Below, in pieces: positions 21,063-32,694 of a DNA stretch of 32,694 nt. The first letter of the stretch is position 1, and the number at the start of each line of letters is the position of its first letter. Below the pieces are notes generated by a model. The model did no database searches. It was not told the DNA's origin and worked only from the letters and a program-made list of their open reading frames with translations. Source of the stretch: Vannella sp. Taxonomy: Eukaryota. Location of the stretch: the NCBI GenBank assembly GCA_023345925.1, contig JAJQQN010000735.1, positions 1 to 32,694 on the forward strand, given 5' to 3'. A program made the position numbers and the translations under genes.

Positions 21063-23289
21063 ATGACAGATGCATTGAGAGCTGAGATAGGGAGTCCAGT
21101 TGCTCGTAAGAGGGCACTGGGCCGCAAGGATCTCTCGAAGGTTGATCCGGCGTGGGACGAACTGCCTGCTATCATCACTCGTATACCCCCTGCTTCAAGT
21201 GGATCCCAAGAGCCTATCCAATACTTCCGTGGAGCCTTCCTTGGAAAGGTAAGCGAGTCTCTGGTCCTCCCTACCCCGCTCATGAGTCTAACTGTCACTC
21301 CAGGGAGGATCTGCGCGGGTCTACGAACTCAAAGACTCTGCAGGCAACTCCTACGCTGTCAAGATCGTCTGTAGAGCGACTCTAACCCGCCGTAGCTACC
21401 AAAAGGTCCGGACATTCCGAAACTGCTTTCCCAAACTCACTCCTTTCCAGCTGGCAACGGAGATTAACATCCACCGCTCGCTTCAACACCCTTCCATAGT
21501 ACGATACGAAGGCTACTTTGAAGACAACTCGTTCATCTACATCCTCCTTGAGCTCTGCTCTCACATGAGCATGTCTCAAATGATTCGTTACCGCAAGCGT
21601 TTGTGCGAGGATGAGGCTCGATACTACTTGAAGAGTGTCTTTGAGGGATTGGAGTACTTAAAGAGCAAGAAAATCATCCACAGAGACCTTAAACTGGCCA
21701 ATCTCCTTCTGGATGGGAACATGAAAGTCAAGATTGGTAGGATTCCCTCCTTTGTGGGCCTTTGTTGTGTTAACTGACCGTATACGTAGCTGACTTTGGA
21801 CTCTCAGCGCAGTTGAAGAGGCCTAATGAGCGTAAGAAGACGATTTGCGGGACTCCGAACTACATTGCTCCGGAGGTGCTCCAAGGGAATGACCAGGGAC
21901 ACTCTTTTGAGGTGGATTTGTGGGCAACAGGGGTCATTCTGTACACACTACTCATTGGACGACCTCCATTCGACTCCAGCGAGTTCAAAGTCACTTACCA
22001 ACTCATAACGGAGAACGTTTACTCCTTCCCTGATGACGTGGAGATCTCTGTGAGTGCTACAAACCTGATACGAGAGCTACTTCATCCCAATCCTGCTTGC
22101 CGTCCAACCATAGCTGAAGTCCTGACCCGTCCTTTCTTCTCCCAAGCTGTCGTCCCCGCCTCTGTGCCAATCTCCTCCCTCCGTTTCCCTCCTCATCCTC
22201 GAGCGCTGGATAACAGAAGCGCCGACCTCTTCTGGGAGGAGAGTGCGCCTCTTGGAAGCTCTCAGGCCAAGTCGAAACCATTCCAGACAGCCTCGGCAGT
22301 CCGACAAATGTTACGAAGTCCTCTGGCTCCTGTGGCCCAGTTGAATAGTCTTACCAGCCCTTCAGCAATGTTGCGCAAGCGGAAGAGGCCGCTTATTCTA
22401 TTGGAGGACGAGAACTCGTACGAAGCGCCCGTCAAACGCCAGAAAGTGGCTGCCGATGGACTTCCAGTCTTCTCCCAGCTCTCTGTAGACGCTCAATTAC
22501 GCCTGACGTTGCGGTTACTAGAGAGTATCGTTACAGGCTCCTTTATCGCTCGCAGCGATGTTCAAGAGACAGCACCAGCCCCTGTTTCAAGCCCACCCAT
22601 CCGCATTTCGCGTTGGATGGAGAATGAGCGCATCGGGACAGCGTTCCTCCTATCTGATAATACTACTTGCATCTACTTTAACGATGATAGCAAGATGGCC
22701 TTCAATAGCGCCACCTAGTAAGTGCCATTCCCCTTTTGAGGGAGGCCAAGTCACTAATATCACTTTCAGCATGTTCCACTACTGGAAACCTCGACGCGAG
22801 AAAACAGCGACTGGCGAGGTGTCTGTCCGGTTAAACGAAGATGTGGAAAAGATCTTCCATTTGACGGAAATCCCAAACGAGGGCGAACTGGCGAAGAGAG
22901 TTCACATTCTCATCTCCTTCCGCCATCTATTTACCTACGAGAAGACCCAAGGTTATATGGATGTTATGAAGGCCGAGATGTCCCGGAGAATCCCTCCTCC
23001 ATCGCAGCCAACCCTGGCGTGCTATGTGCAACGCGTTGTCCGGACAAAGCATGCGTTGGGTTGCAAACTCTCCTCTGGCACTATTCAAACCAACTTCACT
23101 GACCGGACGAAGCTGATTGTCCTTCCCAGTCATAATACTTCCATCTACTCCAACACCAAGTCGGAGGAAACTCTTCTCTCTTTAGACGCTCTCGGCCCTT
23201 TGGAAGCGACCGTTGTGTCTCGCTTCCGATACGTCCGGGATCTCCTGAACATTATGATCCGTATTGACTGCCACTCCATCACCTCATAA
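21063..23289 (+). CDS. Polo-like kinase (kinase domain + two polo boxes; about 4 introns)
   Basis: FLGKGGSARVY, EINIHRSLQH, HRDLKLANLLL, ERKKTICGTPNYIAPEVL, GHSFEVDLW. Polo boxes RISRWM...LSDNTTCIYFNDDSKM and VRTKHA...LSSGTIQTNFTDRTKLIV. Start uncertain. Confidence 0.9.
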
Positions 23290-23398
23290 ACACCCATTGA
23301 AAGAGAACCTCCACAAGCGGCTCGGCTCTTTAGGACAAGATTCTTTTTGAGTGCTCAAACAGGCTCTGGGCGTGGTTCCATACAGAGTTACTTCTGCT

Positions 23399-24170
23399 CT
23401 ATAGACTCAATCCTGTTGAACACCCTATCATCCTTGTCCAACGATTTGTGACTTCAACATGCAACGCAGAGAGGCAAACACAGAGGATGGCAGTGCAGAT
23501 GAATGCCAAAGAGAGCCATGAAAGGACTCTGTCGTTTTGGGAACTGGAACACTTGGCGTTGTCGCCGGCTCCCAAAAGAAGAGCGAAGTTGGTCAAATGG
23601 CCAGCGAACGGCTGTGCATTAATAACGACTCTTCCACTACCATTCTAGGCACTCACCAGTTACCCCACAATAGTTTTCTCCCACTTTGCGAAGGCAATAG
23701 TCCTCGCATAGCCACTTTTGCTTCTTCACATCAAAGTAACCTAAACAAGGGGGCTTTGTTAAGTTGGGTTGAGTCAGACAGATAGATCTCCAAAGGTTGG
23801 TTCAATTCAGTTATCTCATATTCAATAAAGTCTCGCCGAACCCAACTGTCAGAGGGAATAGTGGAGATAATAGCAGTCAGGGTCGATGATGGTATTGTCA
23901 CCAGCCCCGAAGGGATGTTGACATATCCCAAAGTAACGTTGTCGTTCGTTACTAAAGCCACAACGGCTCATTCCTCTTTCACAGTGTGATCGCGGGGAAC
24001 GCGAACGGGCAATTCTTGCAACCTGAATGACGGCAATGCTGTTCGCTCTCACTTATTGAAACGAGACATACAAGCTCTTGGAAGCTGTCATTGAAATGGA
24101 TCCGTCACTCGAAAAGGAAACACTCTCAGAATTTCGAGAACATGAGGTTGCACTTGAGGTGCTGAAACAA
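23399..24170 (-). pseudogene. Decayed GPS/GAIN-like motif single-pass membrane protein gene
   Basis: Fragments ITELNQPLEIYL / CLGYFDVKKQKWLCEDYCL...YCGVT / HLTNFALLL + TM helix lie in different frames. In-frame TGA at 23968-23970, frameshift near the G5 run 23749-23753, and the 55-nt intron 23602-23656 ends in TG instead of AG. Confidence 0.7.
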
Positions 24171-24269
24171 GCAAAGTTCCAGTGGAAGACGCCCAAGGAA
24201 ACAAAGCAAATCAGCATCTTTATTAATTCCCTTCGTTCGAATTATTTTTGCTCCTCTCAGGGGCGACCA

Positions 24270-24340
24270 TCCCATATGGTGTAGCGGTAACATCCATGAC
24301 TTTCACTCATGAGCCCCGGGTTCGACTCCCGGTATGGGAG
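24270..24340 (+). tRNA. tRNA-Glu (anticodon TTC)
   Basis: Acceptor stem TCCCATA/TATGGGA, anticodon arm CATGA-CTTTCAC-TCATG, T-arm CCGGGTTCGACTCCCGG, followed by TTTTT. Confidence 0.95.
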
Positions 24341-24341
24341 C

Positions 24342-24346
24342 TTTTT
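24342..24346 (+). terminator. RNA polymerase III terminator (T5) of tRNA-Glu
   Basis: TTTTT begins 2 nt after the tRNA discriminator base. Confidence 0.75.
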
Positions 24347-24447
24347 CGATCACTCCAAGTACAGAACCATTTAATGTGCGTGACACTGCAATACTTTGGT
24401 TTTGGGCTCGGCAAAGCTTCTTTGGAGCATACAAACCAGTTTATTGC

Positions 24448-27175
24448 ATGTTTCCGTGTGCGTCCTCCTGCTCCCTCCGTTCGTCTGGGGACTTTTCGAC
24501 TTTGGTGGAGTCACCAAAGGGCACCCGCAGGGATCAGTTCCTTAACGTATCACGAGCCACCTACTCTCCTGCCAGCAAAAGTCACCACTTCCTGACCGGT
24601 AATCGGTCGCCTCGCGCAGAGATGGACATCCTGGGGGACCTCCGCTTCATCAAGAAGAAGGCAACCTACGATCTCCACAACTTCCTCCGTGGCATCCCCT
24701 CCGATGCCTCCAAACTAGCCGTTAGGACGAAGGGTATCATCGAGAGCTTTGCTTCGAGGAACGAGCAACAGGTGTAGGTCCACATGCCCTACTAAGCAAT
24801 CATATCTGACGCAGTAGTAGTGGAGGAGCACAAGACACCATCAAAACGCTCAATGACCTTCGCAAAGAAGTGGACAATGAAGGGGATCGCGTGCTTCTTG
24901 TGAATGCCCTCTTCATCATCTCCAGCATCTCGCGGTTTGAGGACTATATCGTGCGTAAGCTCCCATCCAACCATCCTGTGGTAACAAGTGGGTCAAGAGC
25001 ACTGCCAACATCTTCAGCTCACCCTCAAAGCGGAATTCGAAAACTGGGGAGGATCCCTCCATGAAGAGGAACAAGTTTTCAAGAGTAAGTTTGCAACATA
25101 ACCAGGTAGAACTAGTACTAGAGCATATCTCACACAAACCGCAGACTTTGCCCAAACCTGGCGATTCAATCCTCGGTGTGAGGACCGATTCGCCTACTTT
25201 ACCCTCTAATTTGCCATCCATTCCGCCTCCAACTAGGGACTTGATGAGTGGAAGTGTCTATTCTATGGAAAGAACTATGACGAAGAACAAACTTCGGCGA
25301 AAACGCACGCTCCAAGTGATTAAGGGAAACCTACTTTGCCGGATCTGTGCGATCCATGTCCCAGCTCATCTCTTTTCCTCTCATTCAGAATTGTGCACAG
25401 TTAAGACACAGTGGGAAGTACGTTCTCTGGAATGCGATAATTATCTTCGCAAGTTACACGCCGTCTTCGTGCAATTGAGAGAGACCTTCTCCCGAATGAT
25501 TTCAGTGGAAAAAAGACACCTGGATGTTGTCATCCTCCTTCTACAGATGACAAGTGAGGCTGTGGATTCTTCCAAGTGCAACCGGGATGTGATTCAATCA
25601 ATGTTGGATAGAATTGGCCCTTTTGTTGAAGACACAGGGCTTGAACCTCTTCACTCTCATTTACGAGAACTGTCTGACTGGTTATCATACAAGCTTCTCG
25701 TTGAAGAACACATTGAAGCATCCAGAACCTTCTTAAACACGCTACTGGGAGGAAACGCAAATCAGATTAGCGCAGTGAAGATTCCAAGTCTCAAAGACTT
25801 CCAAATTCTCAAATATCTTGCGCGAGGAGGCTTTGCTTTGGTATTCCTGGCCAAAAAGCATGAAGATTACTATGCCATTAAGGTGTTGGATCGACGATCT
25901 ATTTCAGCCAAAACTCAGATGGAAAACGTCTTCGCTGAGCGCAACATTATGGCTACAATTAGTTGTCCCTTTGTGGTCCCAATGTTCTACGCGTTTGCTA
26001 CCTCGGTTAGTTCTTCCGAACAATCTTCTTTGGTGGACAACTAATCTCAGAGACTTTAGGATCACCTGTTCCTCGCAATGGAGTTTCTGAACGGTGGAGA
26101 TCTTTGTTCCTTTCAAAAGCAAGTTCAATCCTTCCAAGAAAATGTTGCTCAGTTCTATTTGGCTGAGATGGTGTTAGCTCTGGAGTATTTGCACGACCAA
26201 GGAATTGTTCACAGAGGTAATCCTAGGAAACAGGTAGTTCCTTTGATCCTCTTACTCACTCACAATTCTTCTCTAGATATGAAACCTGGCAATATTCTCA
26301 TCACAAAGACAGGGCACATCAAGCTAACAGATTTTGGTCTTTCCCACTTGGGACTTAACAGTGAGTTGAGCCGTTGTCCATTCGCTTGACTTATTCTTGG
26401 CAGAGCAAACACAGGAATTTCTCCATCCGGGTGGCCTTAGAGAGAAGTTAAGCTCCAGCACAATGGTTGGAACCCCCAACTATCTTGCTCCTGAGGTTCT
26501 GCTGGGCCTCGGTCATTGTATGGGCACCAAGACAGGGAATTGAATTCTAACTCCAGATAGCGTTTACTGTTGATTGGTGGGCTCTTGGAATCATTCTTTT
26601 CGAATTCTTAGCTGGAGTTCCTCCTTTCTATGACGAGGAGATCAATGATATCTTCCAAAACATCATTCACGGACAAATTGAATGGCCTTCTGATGGCGAT
26701 GAGATATCCGACCAAGCAATGGATCTCATCACTCGCCTTCTTCATGACGATCCAGAGCATCGATTGGGTGCTAATGGAGCTGCAGAGGTCAAAGCACATC
26801 CCTTCTTTGCAGGTGTCGATTGGGAGACTCTACTTGAGAGTGGGCGACCACCGTTCATCCCTGGAGATATCAAACCAGACGATCCAACCTACTACTTTGA
26901 AGGTGCTTTATACCAACCTGATCTTCTCAGCCTCCTAACCCTCTTTAGATGACGATCAAGTCAAATCCGATGACGACGATTGGTCAAAGACTTTTGCCGA
27001 TTCCAAACCGACAGACTCTGAGCATTGCGACCAGTTTGATGACTTCTGGGCCATTAATGTCCTCAACTTGAAGGAAAAGAACTTTGAAGTGATTGATGAG
27101 TTCATCACCAAAACTCCTCTCCACCGACGCACCCACTCCCGCAACCTTTCCATTGGTGCTCTTACCGTGGACTAA
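24448..27175 (+). CDS. AGC kinase of the IRE/Rim15/Greatwall (MAST-like) group with CCHC zinc finger (multi-exon)
   Basis: LLCRICAIHVPAHLFSSHSELC zinc finger; PSLKDFQILKYLARGGFALVFLA, AERNIMA, MEFLNGGD, DMKPGNILI, LTDFGLS, VGTPNYLAPE, RLGANGAAEVKAHPFF; AGC C-tail. Start is ATG 24448 or 24622. Confidence 0.85.
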
Positions 27176-27520
27176 CCTAATCATAAAGATGGGAAGATCA
27201 ATCAGCCTCTACAAACCCCCTCGATGAGGGAAGTCACGAGTGGCGAGGGCATTTAGGGTCTAAAGCAGGGAAAAAGAAAAAAAATGAAATCAGTCCAAAA
27301 GCTTATCCTGAAGAGATGGAGGTCATCAGGGCAAGCTACGCAAACACGAATTCTGCCCGGGATTTTCTCGATCCTGATTGGTTCTTTGACTTTCCCTTCG
27401 CAAGTCATGTGAAAGTGCAAAGATTGATAAACGATCAATTACCTAAACTGGAATATTTAAAACAATCCATTTCGGAGAGAAAATATCGGAAAAGCTGGGT
27501 TCAGACCAGTTCTTGTTGGG

Positions 27521-29340
<1,820 letters not shown>

Positions 29341-29464
29341 ATTATTCCTTTTGATTAATATCGCTTGGCTTTATTTAGGAAGAAAAGTCATTCTTTTGCC
29401 CGCTTTCGTTGGCTGGCAGTTGGCTCCCTTCCTCTCTTCGTTCTTCTTCGTTGTTTCTTGATTC

Positions 29465-31506
29465 ATGTCTCACGGTCGCCCAAGAGCAGCAGGGCCACCA
29501 CCACCTGGTCGGGCGGCTATGGAAAAGCCTAATCGAACTCTCTTTGTGCGAAACATCAGCTATGGGACAACAGAGGACTCCGTCCGCAGGGTCTTTGAGC
29601 AATATGGGACCTTGAGCAGTGTATTTAGTCGTATAGACCAAAGAGGAATGATTTTCCTCACCTTTGTAAGTTGCAGCGTCCTCCTTCCTCGTTCTTCCTT
29701 CCTCGTTTCTTGTCCTCAGCCTTCTCCTTCATTCTCGGTCGAATTTGCAAGTGGTTTGGTGTCGGATGGTATCTTGGCGTAAGGGAGAGCTACTCTTCTA
29801 CTGCGAGGTGGTGTTCTTTGTGGTCTTGGAGTTGTTGACGAAGATGTGTCGTTGTTCGGTCGTTCCTTGGTCAGGTTGTCTTCCAGTGTTCATCAAAAAA
29901 ATGCGAAATATCTTCTGAGTGTCCATCCATAACCACTCTCCTCTCCCCTGCCTTGTTGGCGGTGTCGGTCGTTCGTTGCCAGCCGAAGTTGTCTCTTGTT
30001 GAGTTGGAAGTGTGATTAGACGCTGCCTCTCTTGTTTGCAGTGCCCATGTCCCTGTTCCTGACCCATCCATGGCCACTTGCACAATTCAGAACGAAGAGT
30101 TGAAGGAGAGGCTGCTGTGGTCATTGTCCTTCATGTTGAAGAGTGCTAACTAACCCCTCTCTAGTCTGACATTCGTGATTCCATCAAGGCAAAGGAGGCT
30201 CTTCAAGGGACAGATATCGACGGGCGAGCGGTGAGGCGCGTCTGTATTGTTGTCTTTGATTGACTGACAGGCCATCAGATTGACGTGCATTTCTCATTGC
30301 CTCGCGGGGAGGATGATACGTATGCAGAGGTGGCCAAGTCCTCCTTGAATGACACCCTTTTCGTCTCCTTTCGTCATGGCGTGGAAGAGTTCACAGACGA
30401 GGACGTGCGAACTATTTTCAGCCAGTACGGTGACATCAAGGAGTTGCGCCATTGCCCAGGGCATCCCAGGTGAGCGTAGTACGCCTTCCTGACGACGAAT
30501 ACTGAAGATCTCGCTCTCCAGGCAACGGTTTGTGGAGTACTTTGATGTGAAGCATTGCGATCGCGCCATCGAAGCTACCAACGGGGTCAAGATCAAGGAT
30601 GGTTCCCTTTACGTTGGTGCAGCACGCAATCGGAATGAACCACCGCGGGGAGGCAAGCCTGAGCCTACAAGAGAGCGTAGTCGTGAAAGGGAAGGTCCTC
30701 GAAGGGATCGAGACTATCAGGATGACCGCAGGGGTCGTCAATATGACTCAAGACCATATGACCGCCCATACGATCGCCCTCACGATCGCTACGAGCGTAG
30801 TCGGTCCCCCAACATGAGATATCGCCCAGCACAAGCTGGTGTGAGTAACATCATCAATGACTTGGCCTCTGCACTCCAACAGCAGGCTCAAGAACGGATG
30901 GGATACGCCCCTCGACCAGACTACCAAGGGGGACCACCTAACTACGGTCCTCCTTCAGGTGGCTACCCGCCCCCTTACTCGGGTCGACCTCCAGCATCAT
31001 ACCCACCAGCTCAGCCCTACTACCCTCCTTCCTATCCAAACCCTTCAGCTCCTTATGGTCAGCCACCGACACATTCTCAGCCAGAGCAAGTCAGTGACAT
31101 CCTGAAGAAGCTCCAAAACATCACTGGTCAGGCACCTCACTACGGAGGAGCTCCTCCTGCTTACTCTGAGCCGCCACGAGGAGCTCCCTCTTATTCTGAG
31201 CCTCCGCGAGGAGCTCCTGCTTATTCCGAACCGCCACGAGGAGCTCCCGCTTACTCTGAGCCTCCACGAGGAGCTCCCTCTTATTCTGAACCTCCGCGTG
31301 GGTCAGCCCCTCCTCCCTACTCCACGCAGCCTGGATACCCCATCCCTGCCTACTCCGAGCCCCCGCGAGGATCAGCCCCTTCTTCCTTCTCTTCAGCAAA
31401 CACCAATGCAGCTCCAGCTCCATCCTCGTCCCCTTATCCTCCACCAGCAAGCAGTGGAACGAACCGCTTCCTCCCCAACTCCACCGGATACTTCCCCCCG
31501 CGCTAA
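29465..31506 (+). CDS. Mei2-like two-RRM RNA-binding protein with RD/RS-rich segment and Pro/Tyr/Gly low-complexity tail; introns 29666-30164, ~30231-30278, ~30470-30521
   Basis: RTLFVRNISYGTT...RGMIFLTF|SDIRDS...IDVHFSLP (RRM1); TLFVSF...YGDIKELR...RFVEYFD (RRM2). Confidence 0.85.
31156..31302 (+). repeat. Coding tandem repeat, 5 x 30 bp, encoding P(A/S)YSEPPRGA; a sixth dispersed copy at 31345-31371
   Basis: Repeat units visible directly; they differ mostly at synonymous positions. Confidence 0.9.
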
Positions 31507-31533
31507 AGCCACGATAACAGCAAGTCAGTCGGT

Positions 31534-32622
31534 TTAGGAGTTGTTGAAAAAGTCCATTTTCATGCGCTTTGAGTGCGGGCTCTCGTCAGTGAACCTTCGC
31601 TTTGGTGGGAGTTCGACTGCTGAGGAGGGAGAGGAAGAGCCCGCTTGTGGGGCGAGCATGAAAGGAGGGAAACTGGAAGGAGGAGCAGAAAAACTTGGAG
31701 AAGTCAGTAGATTGGTGTTCCTGGGGGTGCTGGAAAACGAGCTCGCTCGAGGGGAGTTGAAAAGGGAGAGAGGCAACGGGCCGTTGGTGCGGACAAGGGG
31801 AGGAGGAGATGTCAGCAAGGCAGAGGGCGAGGGGGAGCTCAATGCTACGCTTCCTGGTCCTGTTTGGATGGCCAGTTGGCTCACAATCTTGAAGAGGCTG
31901 GTGATGAGGTTCATGTTGGGGACGATATCCTGTGCCCAGAGATTGATCGTGTTTGCGAAGGACTGGAGATCCACCTTCTCGCAGAAGGAGCTGTCAGACT
32001 GGTCCAGAAGTGTCCAGATGTGTTTCTTGACCTCGTTCGGTTGGCAGTCCAAGGAGCTCTTCCACGCTTGGAGCTGGATGAGGTTCTGGAACACTCCATC
32101 AGACAGTTGTTGGGGGGAAGCAGGGACGCTGGGATATCGTCTGTCCAGAACAAGACTGTTTGTGATCCCTACAGTAGCTCTGGACGGGTCATCTCGCGGG
32201 TTGTTAGGCAAGGGAAGGGGAACCACCTGGGGTGGGAGGTGGTGAGAGGGAGCGGTCAGTTCTCTGTGCTGAGCAGTAACGTTGTTCTTGATAAAGTTAG
32301 GGTGCTGGTTCAATGCTATTGCGTAGGCTAGGTAAAGCAGCTCGATAGCCAAAAGGTTCATCGTGGATGACTTGGTCCACGAAAGCACCATCGGGGAGAT
32401 GGGCTTGGAAGAACGGAGGCCAGCAGGGGCACCAGAGATGATGAAAAGCTGGGTCCACACGATCTCTCTGGCGCTCTCTTTGCAAGCATCGACAACAGCA
32501 GAAACCCACTCAAGCTCTAAGAGAAGGTTCCGATAGAAGAGTGGTGAAGTATAACATTGGAAACAGGGACTGAAGAAGTACTGTTGGAACTCGCCTTGTC
32601 CTCTTACCATGCGTGAGGTCAT
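31534..32622 (-). CDS. Hypothetical protein with Ser/Pro-rich C-terminus and bipartite NLS-like end; 5' structure uncertain
   Basis: Long open frame; ends PPKRRFTDESPHSKRMKMDFFNNS; no family recognised. Confidence 0.5.
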   Translation of the reverse strand: MTSRMVRGQGEFQQYFFSPCFQCYTSPLFYRNLLLELEWVSAVVDACKESAREIVWTQLFIISGAPAGLRSSKPISPMVLSWTKSSTMNLLAIELLYLAYAIALNQHPNFIKNNVTAQHRELTAPSHHLPPQVVPLPLPNNPRDDPSRATVGITNSLVLDRRYPSVPASPQQLSDGVFQNLIQLQAWKSSLDCQPNEVKKHIWTLLDQSDSSFCEKVDLQSFANTINLWAQDIVPNMNLITSLFKIVSQLAIQTGPGSVALSSPSPSALLTSPPPLVRTNGPLPLSLFNSPRASSFSSTPRNTNLLTSPSFSAPPSSFPPFMLAPQAGSSSPSSAVELPPKRRFTDESPHSKRMKMDFFNNS

Positions 32623-32694
32623 GAAGTGATAATGGAAGTTCCGCCAGCGGAGTAACAGGACAGCGGGCACATAAACGCACAATTATTATAATTG

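Noticed and set aside
23968..23970. In-frame TGA suggesting an alternative genetic code
   Set aside because: It occurs in a locus that also has frameshifts and a broken acceptor. Intact genes here end in TAA, TAG and TGA, consistent with the standard code.
24500..24519. Perfect 8-bp inverted repeat CTTTGGTG-GAGT-CACCAAAG
   Set aside because: Short, isolated and probably within coding sequence; expected by chance in 32 kb.
29666..30164. Box C/D snoRNA inside the long intron
   Set aside because: No convincing RTGATGA box C paired with a CTGA box D and terminal stem was found by eye; an Infernal scan is needed to exclude it.
31156..31302. 30-bp periodic repeat as a possible CRISPR array
   Set aside because: No unique spacers, in-frame coding repeat, eukaryotic context, no cas genes.

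Overview
Gene-dense eukaryotic (protist) genomic DNA using the standard genetic code, with many short GT-AG introns (mostly ~43-61 nt) and intergenic gaps as small as 22-34 bp. An MKC-type STE20 kinase and a GPS-motif membrane-protein family suggest an amoebozoan (inference). In order, the window holds: a partial upstream exon with a (CCCTAAA)3 telomere-like tract; a BRAT1-like gene; an HSP20/CS-like lysine-rich protein with PP1-docking motifs; a degenerate iodotyrosine-deiodinase-like nitroreductase head-to-head with RPC8; a GH65 glycosidase; a START+FFAT+TM lipid-transfer protein; a YVH1/DUSP12 pseudophosphatase-zinc-domain-STE20 kinase fusion; a bacterial-type EVE protein with an added NLS-like extension; two tandem OPT transporters; RFT1; a polo-like kinase; a decayed GPS-domain pseudogene; tRNA-Glu(TTC); an IRE/Rim15-like AGC kinase; a double-CRIB PAK; a Mei2-like RRM protein with an unusually long first intron; and an orphan ORF. 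The most striking candidate novelty is the YVH1-like pseudophosphatase/kinase fusion. All family calls come from motif recognition by eye; no searches were run.
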